This document shows positions 1 to 11,730 of a stretch of 64,000 bases of DNA, piece by piece; positions within the stretch are counted from its first letter, which is position 1, and every line of letters begins with the position of its first letter. The translations under genes were made by a program, and so were the position numbers. The notes under the pieces are model-generated. The model did no database searches, was not told the DNA's origin, and saw only the letters and a list, made by a program, of their open reading frames with translations. The DNA is from Bispira polyomma. Its lineage: Eukaryota. The stretch covers positions 57,412,001 through 57,476,000 of the forward strand of contig OZ287753.1 of NCBI GenBank assembly GCA_965649765.1. Reading direction: 5' to 3'.

Positions 1-125
1 TAGAAGATTAAGGTTAATTTTATTTCACTATTCAAAAATATTTAACAGAAAAAAATCAACATGTTTAACCTTATAGTTAAATTGATTTTGTTACCAATAT
101 CTTCCACATTTTGTTTACTATCTTA

Positions 126-994
126 TGCCATGGTCACAATGAGTACGTTTGTGTTACAGCCATACATTAGTATTGGTAACCAGGTCCAGTAATAGAAGAG
201 TGACTAAATGCTGAATATTTCTAATATTACAATTGTTTTACTAAATTAATAATAATGAATACATAATATGTTTTGATGTTAGTTTATACAAAATATAGTT
301 TGTCTGCTGTGTAAATTCTGCAACAAGTTTAAAGAGTAAAAGAAAGGTCACTGAAGGATATTTATGAAATGTAATTTTATTAATATCTTAATATCCATTA
401 TATTATCTTTCTGCATACAAAATCTCAATTTGGGCTAGTTTTCAATTTTAATCCAATCTCAAGTTGGGCTGGTTTTCCTGGCCAATCTTAAGTTGGTCTA
501 GCCCATCTTAAGATGGGCTGACCCATCTTAAGATAGGCTGCCAAACTTAGGATCCTAAGTTGGGCTATAGCCCATCTTAAGATTGGCCAAATTGGAAGTT
601 GGGCTCCAACAGCCACATTATAGAAATACGTTAGCCAAGTTTCTAAACTCGTTCTCCTTGTTTTTTAACGTTTGTGAATCCATATCAATCTCCTCGCTTG
701 TAATAATATTTGTAGATAAAGTTCCTTTTACTCCTGTCCTTTATGTCAAATACGCATTGAATACATGTTATACGTTTGCCATGAATGTACCACCCGTTTT
801 CGCAAATTTTCAGCAAATGGCTAAAAAAGTAAAAAGTTTTGAGCAGTCCGAAAATTAGGGCATTTTTTAAAAACAGGAGATAACTAAACTTAAGGTACCA
901 TCATACTTACGTTTAATTACGTTTTACTTACGTTTAGCTTACGTTAACCATTTTTTGTGCACAATCAAAACGTAAGGCCAGTGTGACCACGGCA
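126..994. mobile_element. PIF/Harbinger-type MITE
   Basis: TIR TGCCATGGTCACAATG (126) vs revcomp TGCCGTGGTCACACTG (ends 994); TTA on both flanks (123-125, 995-997); inverted relative at 60583-60970. Confidence 0.75.
163..608. repeat. Unclassified interspersed repeat nested in the MITE, with palindromic CCCATCTTAAGATGGG repeats
   Basis: Flanked by ACAGCCA direct repeat (156-162, 609-615); aligns by eye with 5424-5915. Confidence 0.55.
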
Positions 995-1225
995 TTACAA
1001 AGAAATAATTGGTTGAATATGTTTTTGTTTCACCAAAAACGTTACAGCTTTTCGACATTATTGCATTCCACTTGCCAACTTTTTCCCCACAACAATCTTT
1101 TTGTAATTGTAATTTTAAGTTTATTATATCGATTATCTGCCACTATATAAGGAATATTCACCAGAGCTTCGCATGCTATAATAGGGTACTTATTGTCACT
1201 CTTATAGAATCCAATATGTTAGAAT

Positions 1226-1398
1226 CCAAAGTCTAAACATTTAGTATAGATCAATACACACACAAACATTGCCAGGAGGTTACCAAATGTCTGAACATTT
1301 AGTATAGATTAATACACATACAAACATTGCGAGGAGGTTACCAAAAGTCTGAACATTCAGAATAGATTAATACACATACAAACATTGCCAAGAGGTCA
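1226..1398. repeat. 57-58 bp tandem repeat x3 upstream of TRIM copy 1
   Basis: CCAAAAGTCTGAACATTTAGTATAGATTAATACACATACAAACATTGC... at 1226, 1283, 1341; single unit in the paralogous region near 42126. Confidence 0.8.
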
Positions 1399-2263
1399 GC
1401 ACGCTTTGTTAGTATTAATACAAATAGTAGATATATATATGTGTGTGTTCTAAGAAGGTGGTTTTCTAATTTGATCAACGATTGATACTGGCAATAATAC
1501 TGTAGTTAGTAAAATGACAAATACAAGGCAAACCTTGATACTAATGATTTGACAGTTAGCTTTGTTTGGATATGTAGTGGTTTAAACGGGCATATATATT
1601 ATATATCTATCTATATATCTATCTATAATAAAAAAAATACATTTAGTAATTTTATAACTACATGTAGTGTGTTTGTGAAATGGCTTTGTCATTGGAAAGT
1701 ACATCTTACACAGAGGTATGATTTAGTTACTATAAATTACATCTATAACTCGTTTATTTGTTAAAGCATATTATTATTACTCAAGTATAAAGAGAAAACA
1801 TATGATTGTTGTATCATGTTGTATGCCAGGTCTACAATGAACCATTTGGGAAGTGTAGATTTATTGATAATATTTATGAAAACACAAATCTTGTTTTATC
1901 ATTGTTAGTGTTATATTTGTCTCGTATTTATGGTTTATATATTTCTCTTATACAGGTGGACTGATAGAAGTTAATGTTATAAGAACAATTAAAGAATTAA
2001 TTGATGTAGAAATACAATGTTTTATGTGAAAAAGCTAACACACCCTTTTTACTTTTGGGATTCTCGTGTCTGGTAACGCGTAATAGTTTACCTAATTAGA
2101 AAGTGGGTCAAATTGCTAAGCGAAATGGTTACTACCAAAAGCCTAGAATGTCATTACCCTTCACCTCCCTCCGACCTGCATGTTTTATGAACAAAAGTTA
2201 TTTTCTGTGGACATTGAATTGTAATTAGCCATAGAACAAAGTTTGTGATATATTAAATTATAG

Positions 2264-2520
2264 ATGACTAAGATTTGTCTTAAAGAGATCTGTATAAATT
2301 TACAGGAGATGCTGAAGTGCTCTGCCTGCTTAGAGCTGGTTAAAGAACCTCAGACATTGGCACAATGTTTCCATAACTACTGTAAACTCTGCACTGAGCA
2401 GCTGATAAAGTCACAGAACAACCGACCCCCTGGAATAGTATGTCCTTTATGTGGCACTTTCTCAACTGAGGCTGAGGTCAGAGAGAACGTCTTAGTGTAC
2501 GACTTGTTAGACCATCACAG
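2264..2520 (+). CDS. TRIM copy 1 exon: RING finger
   Basis: CSAC..CFHNYCKLC..CPLC; donor GTTAGT at 2521. Confidence 0.9.
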
Positions 2521-5500
2521 GTTAGTATTACAATATGTTAATATGTGTATAACCAAAGAGAAACATGAAGAGTCAGATTTTCTCCAGTAACGCAATTCAA
2601 ATCATTTTCAAGTACTTTAAATAACTATGGAGCAGACAAAATAATGTTTTTGTAAAATACCTTAGTTAGACTTCAATACAGAGTTATCAAAACTTATTTG
2701 TTTTATATGAAGTGAAAAGTAACTGAAAAGTTTTTTTGAGTTTTGTTATATTTCTGTTAGAATCTGTATCTTTGAGTAACTACATGATTGGTTTCCAAAA
2801 TGGTTTGGATTGAGTATACATTCATAGTTTGGCTCATCAGAAGGATGTCAAACTTTTAAGACTGGTTAAGACTGGAGATGTTGCATCAGATCCTTTATTA
2901 GAAATTGGTGTGAATCAGTGTTCTCTCTTGGGTTCAATCTGAAGTTCCATATACACATGATTACTTTGTAAAAAAGATGCAATAAGACACAGCAATACAA
3001 TATGATAATACAAATACATTATGATAATACAACAGTTACTATAACAAACATAGATAAATATAATTACTTAATAATCTTACAACATCACTTTACTACCTTC
3101 AGCAAGATTACACTAAAATAACAATACATCACTTTCAACAATGCCCTAGTTGATAAAGAAAGAACATTATAAGTTAAGATATAATAATCTTACTGCCCTA
3201 AACTGTTAAGGTAACATAGACATGTTGTAAGTGGAAATGGATACATACAGTAAAAATAGTTAACTCGAACAGGTGGACATGCTCATTACACTGATATTGT
3301 TGTGTATCACACTTCAGCTTTACACAAACAGCATACACCAGCTGTATATGTCATCGGTTTATGTTTGAAGCTAAAAGGAGACATGCAACACTTATACACT
3401 GAATATAACAACATGTCCATTGTGGCTTTATTTTAACTTGTGAATAATTTTATTGTTGTCATAGCAATACTGATTGTAAGGAGAGTGTCCCAGAGTCTTG
3501 TGAACACTGCTCTGAAGATAACCCACCTTTTGAAACAACATGGAGGTGTCTGGATTGTTGTTCTGATTTTTGTCAGTCCTGCAAGGAACAACATGGAAGA
3601 TTTGCAATGCTGAAAGGTAGTGAAAGTATATCCCAAGGTAACAAAAGTTCCACGTAAACATTTTTTTAAATAATAATTGCTGTACAAAATCTACATGATA
3701 ACTATTCTCATTTTCACCAGGAACTAACTATCTGCATAAAGTTCAGATTGTCATTCCTTTGACAGATGCTTTATATAGTTTGTTTCTCTCTAAAAAGAGA
3801 TAATTCTAAACAAAATAATTAAAATCCCACCAAAACCATCACAACAATTTTGTCAACAGTGCAATGACACCCTTTTGGTCTATCATGCAATGGTTGACAT
3901 ATTTCTTGTTTTACTCAATATAGGTCAATGACAACCTCTTGGTTTATCCATGCAATGGTTGCACAGTCGTCAATCGTCACATAAACGCAGAATACTTCCT
4001 GTGTATTCCCGGTTAAGGTATAAGACAAACAGTGCATTATCACATTTTCATTGTTTGTACATGGAAATAATAGACTTTTTTGCATTTTATTACATAGATC
4101 TTAAGATATTGGTAACAGCTTTGCTTTATAATTTTTTTACAGCTTGAGTTCATCTGTATCAATTATTATATAACAATTTAGTTCATGGGTGGAATACCTT
4201 TTCCAAGAATACCTTGATAAATTGCCATACCTTTACCAGGAATACTACCATACCTTGTCCGTGTATACTTTAAAGAGTTATAGAGTTATGAAATTGAAGA
4301 CATAAAATGAAATAATATAATATAATTATAATGAATGGTATAATTTACTTTCGTAAATTTGCTATATAATATTTTATGGGTAATTTTCTACCAATTTTAT
4401 TGATGTTTATATGCAGTGATGGATTGGCACCTATATTTAAAACATCGTTGCTACACCATAAATAATCCAGAAGGGTGCAACATCTCACAATATCATTATT
4501 ATCCTTTCATTATCCATCAAAAGGATAAAGTTTATGCAAATTCATCAGGACTCTTATTGTATTTGTCTTAAAGATTAAACAGCAGGTATAGTCAACCCTC
4601 CACTCCCCTCAAAGATGTACTCCCTAAATTATTACAACTTTATCATCCTACCGACAATTGAAAGCTCAAAAACATCACCATAATTAGTAAGTTTAAATTT
4701 GTTTGAATTTGAATATTTAACGTCCACTCTAGTACCTTTTAGTAGGTTATATTGGGACGGGTAGTTGGAAACGCTGGAGGAAACACTGCATACAGTTGGT
4801 CAAGGTTCTGCAGAGAAACCAGCGGCCCACAGTAAGAAACTACCACCTTTCCCACATAGGCATCGACGGGATTCAAACTCACGCCGCACAGAGGTGAGAG
4901 ACCAGTGATTGTGACGCGCAATGCTTGCTAACCACTAGGCCACCGCGGCCCCATCATAATTAGTAAGACAAACAAATGCAATAATAAAGTAATAGATGTA
5001 ATGTTAAAAGCATTTGTTTATAAAAACTTGATCTGTGATTAATAAGCTTAAATGGCTTTAGTTTTAGTAACCATGTCTATCCTTTCATAATTAAAATGAT
5101 ATAGAAAGCCACAGCTATATGTTGATTTGTTTGATCTAATTGGATGTGTGGCTAACTACCTTAGCTGCCATTAGTGTTGGTAATCATGTTCACCCTTTAA
5201 TGAATAAAATTAAATAAGAAGCCACAGTTTCAAGTTGATTTGTTTGATCTAATAGGATGTCTGACTGACTTGCTTAACTGGCTTTAGTGTTGGTAATTAT
5301 GTCCACCCTTTGTTAAATGAAATAAATAGAAAGCCACAGCTCTACGTTGATTAGTTTGATCTAACTGGTTGTGTGATTAAGTAGCTTAACTAGCTTTAGT
5401 GTTGGCAATGACATCCACCAATGGAAGAGTGACTTAATGCTAAATATTGCTAATATCTACAATAATTGTTTTAATAAATTTATATTAATTAATATAAAAT

Positions 5501-8500
5501 AATAATATATTTTTATATTCCTTTTTCTGTTTGTTTATATACAAAATATAGTTTGTGTGCTATGTGGTTATGTAATTCTGTTGCCAGTTTAAATAGTCAA
5601 GAGAACGGTCACTGAATGCTGTTAATAAAATTTAATTTTATTTAGTATCTTTTCATATTCTATCATAATATGTTCCTGAAAAAAAATCTCAAGTTGGGCA
5701 AGTTTTCAATTTTAATCTAATCTCAAGTTGGGGTTTTTTCCTGGTCAATCCTATAAATGTAAGTTTATCAATAAAACAAGCAATAACATTAAATCATCAT
5801 TATGTGAAGTAATGATTATGCTATTCAGACTTTTTATATATCTAGATTTTAATATGAATCTAATCTCAAGTTTGGCTAGTTGTCCTGGCCAATCTTAATC
5901 GGAAGTTGGGCTATATACAACATTATCACTGATGGAAAGGTAGGCACTTTCTGTTAAAATTGCAAAGTGTAACATTTGTAATTTAAAACAGTGCAAATAA
6001 AAATATAAAAATATTCCGGTATAAGGTATTACTGTTAATTGGAATATTCTGTGTAAAGGTATGCAGGTATTCCCAGCTAAGGTATTCATTTGTATTTTTT
6101 AAAAAGCATACAAATCAATGGTAAAGCTGTAAGAATGCTTGATATTTTTTAAATAGATAAAATTATATTATTGCAATATAATGCTAATTAAAATTTCTTA
6201 TGAAACACCTTTATTTAAAAGTTATTTGATAAAGTATTATATTATCACTCACATGAGGGATTTTTTCTATAATATAATAATATCCAAACATATCATGCAA
6301 TTCATACTAAGGCATTTCTCTAGTTGTAAATACTAGTATTATAATTTTGTATTGTGTATTTAAAACCTCCAAGTTCTTTTATAATATATAGGGTTTATTT
6401 GTTTTTGTTTCCTAATACCTTAACCAGGAATACACCGGATTCTGCATTTATGTGACGATTGACGACTGTGGGTTGACATACTTCTTGTATTACTCAATAT
6501 AGGTCACAATGTTGTAGAATTGACCGAAGATATGGCAAAGGTCATAGATAAACTTGTCTTGTGTACAATCCATAAAGATGAACCAATTAAATTCTTCTGC
6601 AAAGAGTGCAGAGAACAGTTATGTAACACCTGTCAAGTGGTCAACCACAGATCACATGATATTATCACTGTTAAATCTGCTGTAGACAACATCTTGCCTA
6701 AGGTTAGGGAAGACCTAGAATTTCTGCATGAGAAAAATGGTAAACTCACTGAAGATGTTAAAGCTATTGACCTCAAAATAATTGATTTAGAGAAGACATG
6801 TGACAAGTTTTTGGCCACCATTGACAGCAAAACGAAGGAAAAAATAGCAATGATAATGGAAGAACAGAAGAAGATGAAAGACACAGCCACAGATAAAGCA
6901 AATATTCAGGTATAGCACAAAAATATGTTAAAAGCCATTAATAAGTAATTAGGACATTGTGTTACTGGTTTGGTCACAGAGTCTTCTGCAGTCTGTTTGA
7001 GGGAAGCATTTGGCCAAATGGGTCATATTATATTTGGTAGATGTAGTTGTACGAGATTGTAGATCTGCATGGTCAAAACATGAGATTGGCTAATTTCATA
7101 AAGTTAACATGCGCCTTAAGCCCATGACTTAGTTGTTATTCATATAGAGCTAAATTTCAACCGAAACTATGTGTCAATCTATTGATTGGAACTGTACTGA
7201 TGAATACTTTGGACCATTCATGGTTCAGCATCAAAATCCAGTATTTATCATATTCACTGCTAATATTTCAAATATGAAACATGTGGGTTATTTTACTGTT
7301 ATTATTTACACTTTAATAAAAGTCTTTAATGTGACAAACAGGTCAAACTTTCTAGCACTAACTTTTTTGGTCAAATCTATTGTCTAGTAATAATAATATT
7401 AAAAATCAAAACAGCTTCTTATGTTTTTAAACATTGTTGAATGTCAGTACAAGTAAAATTTTTTTATGAAATCATATCTAAGAATTAGTAAATCTGAAAT
7501 ATAAGAAACACTTTATATGTACTTTATAATTTATTTAGTTGCATTAATTGCATTGATCTATATTGCATCTATGTTGCATGTTTGTTTCCCTGTTATTGGT
7601 ACTAGTAATTCATTTTAGCACTGAAACATTGCTCATCTCTGCAACTGCTATATATAATATATTTATTGAACATGTGTGCTAAACTGATAATACATGTGAT
7701 TTAATATTCTGGCCTATATTATTCGGTAAATAACCTATTTAGTTAAAGATAATAATAATAAAAATGTATAATAATAAATTTTTATTTAATACATTATAAT
7801 TAGAAATATAATACACACAGCAGGTGGAAAATTATTAACATGTACAAATAATAATAATAAAAATATATAGTAATAATTATTTAATACTCTGAGTACATAA
7901 AACGTTATTCGACATACATTATAATTATAAGAAATATAATACACACAGCAGGTGGAAAATTGTTAACATGGACAAACATAATGTTAGCAGCAAGATGAAA
8001 CATTCGTTTCTAAGAAAGAAAATAATTTCCATGCCACTATTTTACTTGTACTTTTAGGTAGAGAAACTCCAAAGCAAAAAGAAGGAACTGACTAATCGGA
8101 AGAAAGAGATAATCAGTTTAAAGCAGACAGCTGTAACAAGCATAGAAAAAGCTGCTGGGGTGAGTCTACTGACACAGCTAACTGAGGGAGGACTGAAAGA
8201 TAGGCTGCACAAAGTAAGCAGGGAAGTAGTTTGGAATGCTCGAGATGACATTATTAGCGGAGTGTGTACTGAATGTTGGAATGAGGGTACCAGTGGATCC
8301 TGTACACAATGTGGATGTGATTTATGTAAAGAGTGTCGGAGTGGGAGTGAATTTTGTACAGAATGTGAGATTCACGTTAGCAATGATGTGTTTTTACAAT
8401 GTCAAGATGGATTGTGTAGAGCATGTGGACGTTTCCTTACTAGTGAAGTGTGCACACAATGTGAAGGTGGATGGTGTAGAGCATGTGGAGGTTTCATTAC

Positions 8501-8591
8501 CAGTGGAGTATGTAAACAGTGTGTAGATGGATGGTGTACAGCATGTGGAGGTTTGCTGCTTAACAGTGGAGTGTGTACACAATGTGAATAA
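2264..8591 (+). CDS. TRIM/RBCC E3 ubiquitin ligase-like protein, copy 1, about 449 aa, with Cys-rich repeat C-terminus
   Basis: join(2264..2520,3465..3616,6503..6909,8058..8591); all introns GT-AG, phases 2/1/0 keep frame; RING C3HC4, B-box1, B-box2, coiled coil. Confidence 0.85.
3465..3616 (+). CDS. TRIM copy 1 exon: B-box type 1
   Basis: Not in ORF track; tcatag|C AAT.. gives CEHC..WRCLDCCSDFCQSCKEQHGRFAMLKG; donor GTAGT at 3617. Confidence 0.9.
4692..4952 (-). mobile_element. tRNA-derived SINE nested in the Transib-like element
   Basis: Head GGGGCCGCGGTGGCCTAGTGG (A box), GTTTGAATCC (B box); TSD CATAATTAGTAAG (4679-4691, 4955-4967); further copies at 29062 and 43723. Confidence 0.85.
5095..5915. 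repeat. About 113-bp tandem array x3 plus a copy of the 163-608 repeat family
   Basis: AGAAAGCCACAG..GTTGATTTGTTTGATCTAA recurs near 5103, 5217, 5328; 5424-5915 matches 196-608. Confidence 0.65.
6503..6909 (+). CDS. TRIM copy 1 exon: B-box 2 and coiled coil
   Basis: CTIH..FFCKECREQLCNTCQVVNHRSH then heptad-like helix; acceptor aatatag, donor GTATAG. Confidence 0.9.
8058..8591 (+). CDS. TRIM copy 1 terminal exon: end of coiled coil plus CxxC repeat tail
   Basis: cttttag|GTA GAG AAA.. in frame with ORF 8160..8591; 10 CxxC motifs before TAA. Confidence 0.75.
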   Translation, partial: VEKLQSKKKELTNRKKEIISLKQTAVTSIEKAAGVSLLTQLTEGGLKDRLHKVSREVVWNARDDIISGVCTECWNEGTSGSCTQCGCDLCKECRSGSEFCTECEIHVSNDVFLQCQDGLCRACGRFLTSEVCTQCEGGWCRACGGFITSGVCKQCVDGWCTACGGLLLNSGVCTQCE

Positions 8592-8846
8592 TGATGGTGT
8601 TCAACATATGGAGGTTTGCTTAGCAGTGAAATGTGTATACAATGTGAAAATGGATGGTGTACAACATGTGGAGGTTCGCTTAACAGTGGAGTGTGTACAC
8701 AATGTGAAGATTTAACGTGTACAACATGCGGAGGTTTCCTTACCAATGGAGTGTCCACACAATGTGAAGATGAAAGTGAAGATGAATGGTGTACAACATG
8801 TGGAGGTTTGCTTTCCAGTTGAGTGTAAACACAATATAAAGGTTGA
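8388..8846 (+). repeat. 60-nt coding minisatellite, about 8 units, encoding VCTQCExGWCxxCGGxxxSG
   Basis: Units at 8388, 8448, 8508, 8571, 8631, 8691, 8751, 8823 (60/63/72 nt, all multiples of 3). Confidence 0.9.
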
Positions 8847-9578
8847 TAAACAAAACTCAGACAAACATTAGAAATAAAAACAAGATGGTGTTGCTGTACA
8901 GTATGGGACCAGTTATGGTTGGGGTTGGAGTTTTGTTAGGTAATCAGACAGTATATTGGACAAGGATGGCCGTAAAAGTGTATAAATTGCTCTAGTGTCA
9001 ATGTATGTGTTGAGTTTATGCCACAAATATTTTGGGGTACACTATATTAATAAAGTAGTGAACACATAAACGAAACAATATTAAACTGCATTCACTGGAA
9101 ATGTTGATGTGTGATTGATGCAAACATATAAAATATGAACACACTGTATAGTTAAGTAGAGTAAGAAAGCTAAAATTCGCTATCCCTAAATTAAAGCCAA
9201 ATTAATAAAAACTGGGATTTTCCTGTTCATAAATTTGTCCACTTTTTTACGTTAGTACACTAATCCATATAATTAAAAAAAGACCCATCAAGTAAATGAT
9301 ATATAAATACATACATATAAGTAACACTAGTGTGTGAAACTTTAAGTAGGTTTAGGATACTCATTAGTGTTTTCTGAAGGGCATGATTTGAGAAAGGTAA
9401 TTCAATGTAAATAGATGTTTTATATGTACATTTCATTTTTAGCCTACATCGCTATTCATGAAGTTAAACGTGGCCATCCACCTGTAGATTTTCCTGTGAC
9501 GTAGCATTTTAATACAAAAATTTAAATTATGGTCGTGCTACCTTCTTACACAAACACATCACGAAGATGTCACTTGGG

Positions 9579-9840
9579 TCTATGTAGTTTAAAGTGCTTA
9601 TAACTGACACAATTGTTCGGAGTATATACTGCTTGATAACACAATTGGTAGTATTGTGTCCATGAAGCTTAAAGTGCTTATAAATAATACAAAGGTTAGG
9701 AGTATATATTGCCTTGTAACCTAATTGATAGTATTATATCTATGTAGTTTACAGTGCATATAACTAATACAATGGTTTAGAGTATAAATTGCCTTGTAAC
9801 CTAATTGGTAGTATTGTATCTATATAGTTTACAGTTCCAT
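9579..9840. repeat. 80-bp tandem repeat, about 3.3 copies
   Basis: TCTATGTAGTTTA(A/C)AGTGC.. at 9579, 9659, 9739, 9819. Confidence 0.8.
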
Positions 9841-10533
9841 GTGTACCAGTGAAGCAGGGTCAGGTAGAGGTCAAATTGAGTAACACTGTCATATGCGGTT
9901 CAATATTTATTTTACTGTCTATATGGTAACTTGAGGTTTTTATGGTAACTTAAGGTTACCATAATTTAATGGCAACTTAATGTTACCATAAATTAATTAA
10001 CTTTACGGGAGGACCTAAGGTCCCCTAAATGAATAATTTTATTTAAGTAGCTCTACATATAGAAAGTTGACATTAAGTCAACTTTCAAAGAACACAATAA
10101 TAATTTCATTTAACTGGTTATATATATACATGGATAGAAAGTTATAATTCAGTTAACTTTCAAAGAACACAAGCAACAGCAATTTTTTAACTGGTTACAT
10201 ATATACATGGATAGAAAGTTTAAATTAATTCAACTTTCAAAGAACACAAGCCACAAGATTGAATTTGTTGCTGATAACGCAAGCAACAATACAAGCGACA
10301 ATATTTAATTTTTTAACTTCAGAACACAAGCAACAAGATTTAATTTTCAACTGAGAATGCAAGCAACAATACAAGCGACAAGGTCCAATTTATAACTGAG
10401 AACACAAGCAACAACATTTCAGTTTTAACAAAACTTGTTAATTGTATGAAAGGATATACTGGATACCCGGATAGGTGTACTAGAAGCACCCAAATCCCAA
10501 CAGTGTAGGGGAAAAAGGGGGAAGGTAACACCT

Positions 10534-11075
10534 TACATGTGCTGCTTGAAAGTATTAGCTACCTGCTGACCGGCATCAACAGAATCAGTGACATACCGCC
10601 ATACACAGTCGGACGTCCAGGTGCCATGTTTCTAAATGTTCTGTATACTGACATTGTGATTGAAAGCAAAGGTGGCATCGGAAGGCATGGAAGGCAAGCC
10701 CTGAGTGTACCAGGCCTAATTTTGTAAGAACAATTTTGAAATGACCTTGGACCCTGGTGTCAGTGAGCGGAAGCCATGTCTGTATCAGTTTGTATTGGAA
10801 CAAGGGTGAGTTATTGCCCGGAGGTGTTATAGCTAAAGCAGCCTGCAAGGCCCTGATGGGGCACAGGGGGGAATCCCGTAGCTGAGGAATTGTGAGCAAT
10901 TTAATGTTTTTGTGATTTTGCATAGTCTTAGACCATTTGATCAGAATGATTGCTTTTCCTGGATGAAACATAGCATCAGCCCGAGCTAGGTGTTTTAAGG
11001 CGGAAAATTGTGAGGCCATATGTGGTACCAGGTTTAAAAGCCTCAGAAATAAAAAGAAACTAAGCAGATAGACTT
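10534..11075 (-). mobile_element. Decayed tyrosine recombinase of a DIRS/Ngaro retroelement
   Basis: FLFLRxxNL, KWSKT, LCPIRAL, HAFR, then shifted frame TFAF..HGTWTSDCVWRY; adjacent AAGAACACAAGCAAC repeats 10080-10420 probably belong to its terminal repeats. Confidence 0.85.
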
Positions 11076-11730
11076 CTTTTGTCTCGCTGTGGTGTGGCGC
11101 GGTCTAGCGGATGAAACCAAAGTTAGAAGGCGTGTGTTCTCGCAAGTTAGAAGAAATTACATAGAAATAACAGATATCCCGTCAGTATGGGTGTATATAT
11201 ATATCATATGTATATTTGCAAACCCATACTTTTCCTTGTATATCTATCTGTGTTTACATGTCCGTTGAAGCGAGGAAAGATATAAGAAAAAATGCAGTAA
11301 TTATGAGACCACAGTACTAAACGGATTTACCAAACAAATTGAATAAAAAATAGATATATTAAAAGCCCTTAGTACCAAACAGTATTAAGTGCGAACAAGA
11401 TAAGAGCGGTTCATGGACCACATCACCAGATGACTGAGAATTTGCATTGATTATCGCCCACACGGACACGATGCATCGAATGATGCATTGAAACCCGAAT
11501 TTTAAACGAAATAAATTGCTAATACATACCTAAACTCTACTATATTTTGTGTTTTCCTCAAATAGAAAATCAAATTTAGGTATAAAATGAACATAAAGTT
11601 ACCTTTCTATCGATCTATTATTTATATTTGTCCTGTACGACAATGTGCTCTTGGGCACATACTAAAATTTGGCCAATAAGGGGTGCCTTCTAAAACTCGG
11701 AGCTCTTGTGAGGTAGCTCTGTACGAAGGT

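Larger units (their letters stand above)
3962..6470. mobile_element. Non-autonomous Transib/RAG-like DNA transposon in TRIM copy 1 intron 2
   Basis: TIRs CACAGTCGTCAATCGTCACATAAA(C/T)GCAGAAT at both ends, imperfect to about 65 bp; 5-bp TSD GGTTG (3957-3961, 6471-6475); absent from paralogous introns. Confidence 0.8.

Noticed and set aside
2521-2590. ORF extensions past RING, B-box and coiled-coil exons (also 43364-43463, 47458-47498, 57267-57327)
   Set aside because: Intronic run-through beyond conserved GT-AG boundaries
4739-4921. 60-aa ORF and tRNA-like fold
   Set aside because: Part of a multi-copy SINE with TSD, not a gene or functional tRNA
6395-6410. ACAAAAACA nonamer-like motif on the - strand inside the right TIR region
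   Set aside because: About 55 bp from the heptamer and not mirrored at the left end; likely chance in A-rich DNA
8157-8166. GGG|GTGAGT consensus donor inside the terminal exon (all three copies)
   Set aside because: Frame stays open with TRIM-like helix sequence beyond it and no downstream paralogous exon was found; not excluded without RNA data
8589-8594. Selenocysteine or readthrough recoding at the in-repeat stop
   Set aside because: First stop is TAA, it is doubled by TGA, neither lies at a Cys position, and no SECIS was recognised
8402-8758. His/Pro-rich 118-aa ORF and other overlapping ORFs in alternative frames
   Set aside because: Antisense and shifted-frame shadows of the 60-nt Cys repeat
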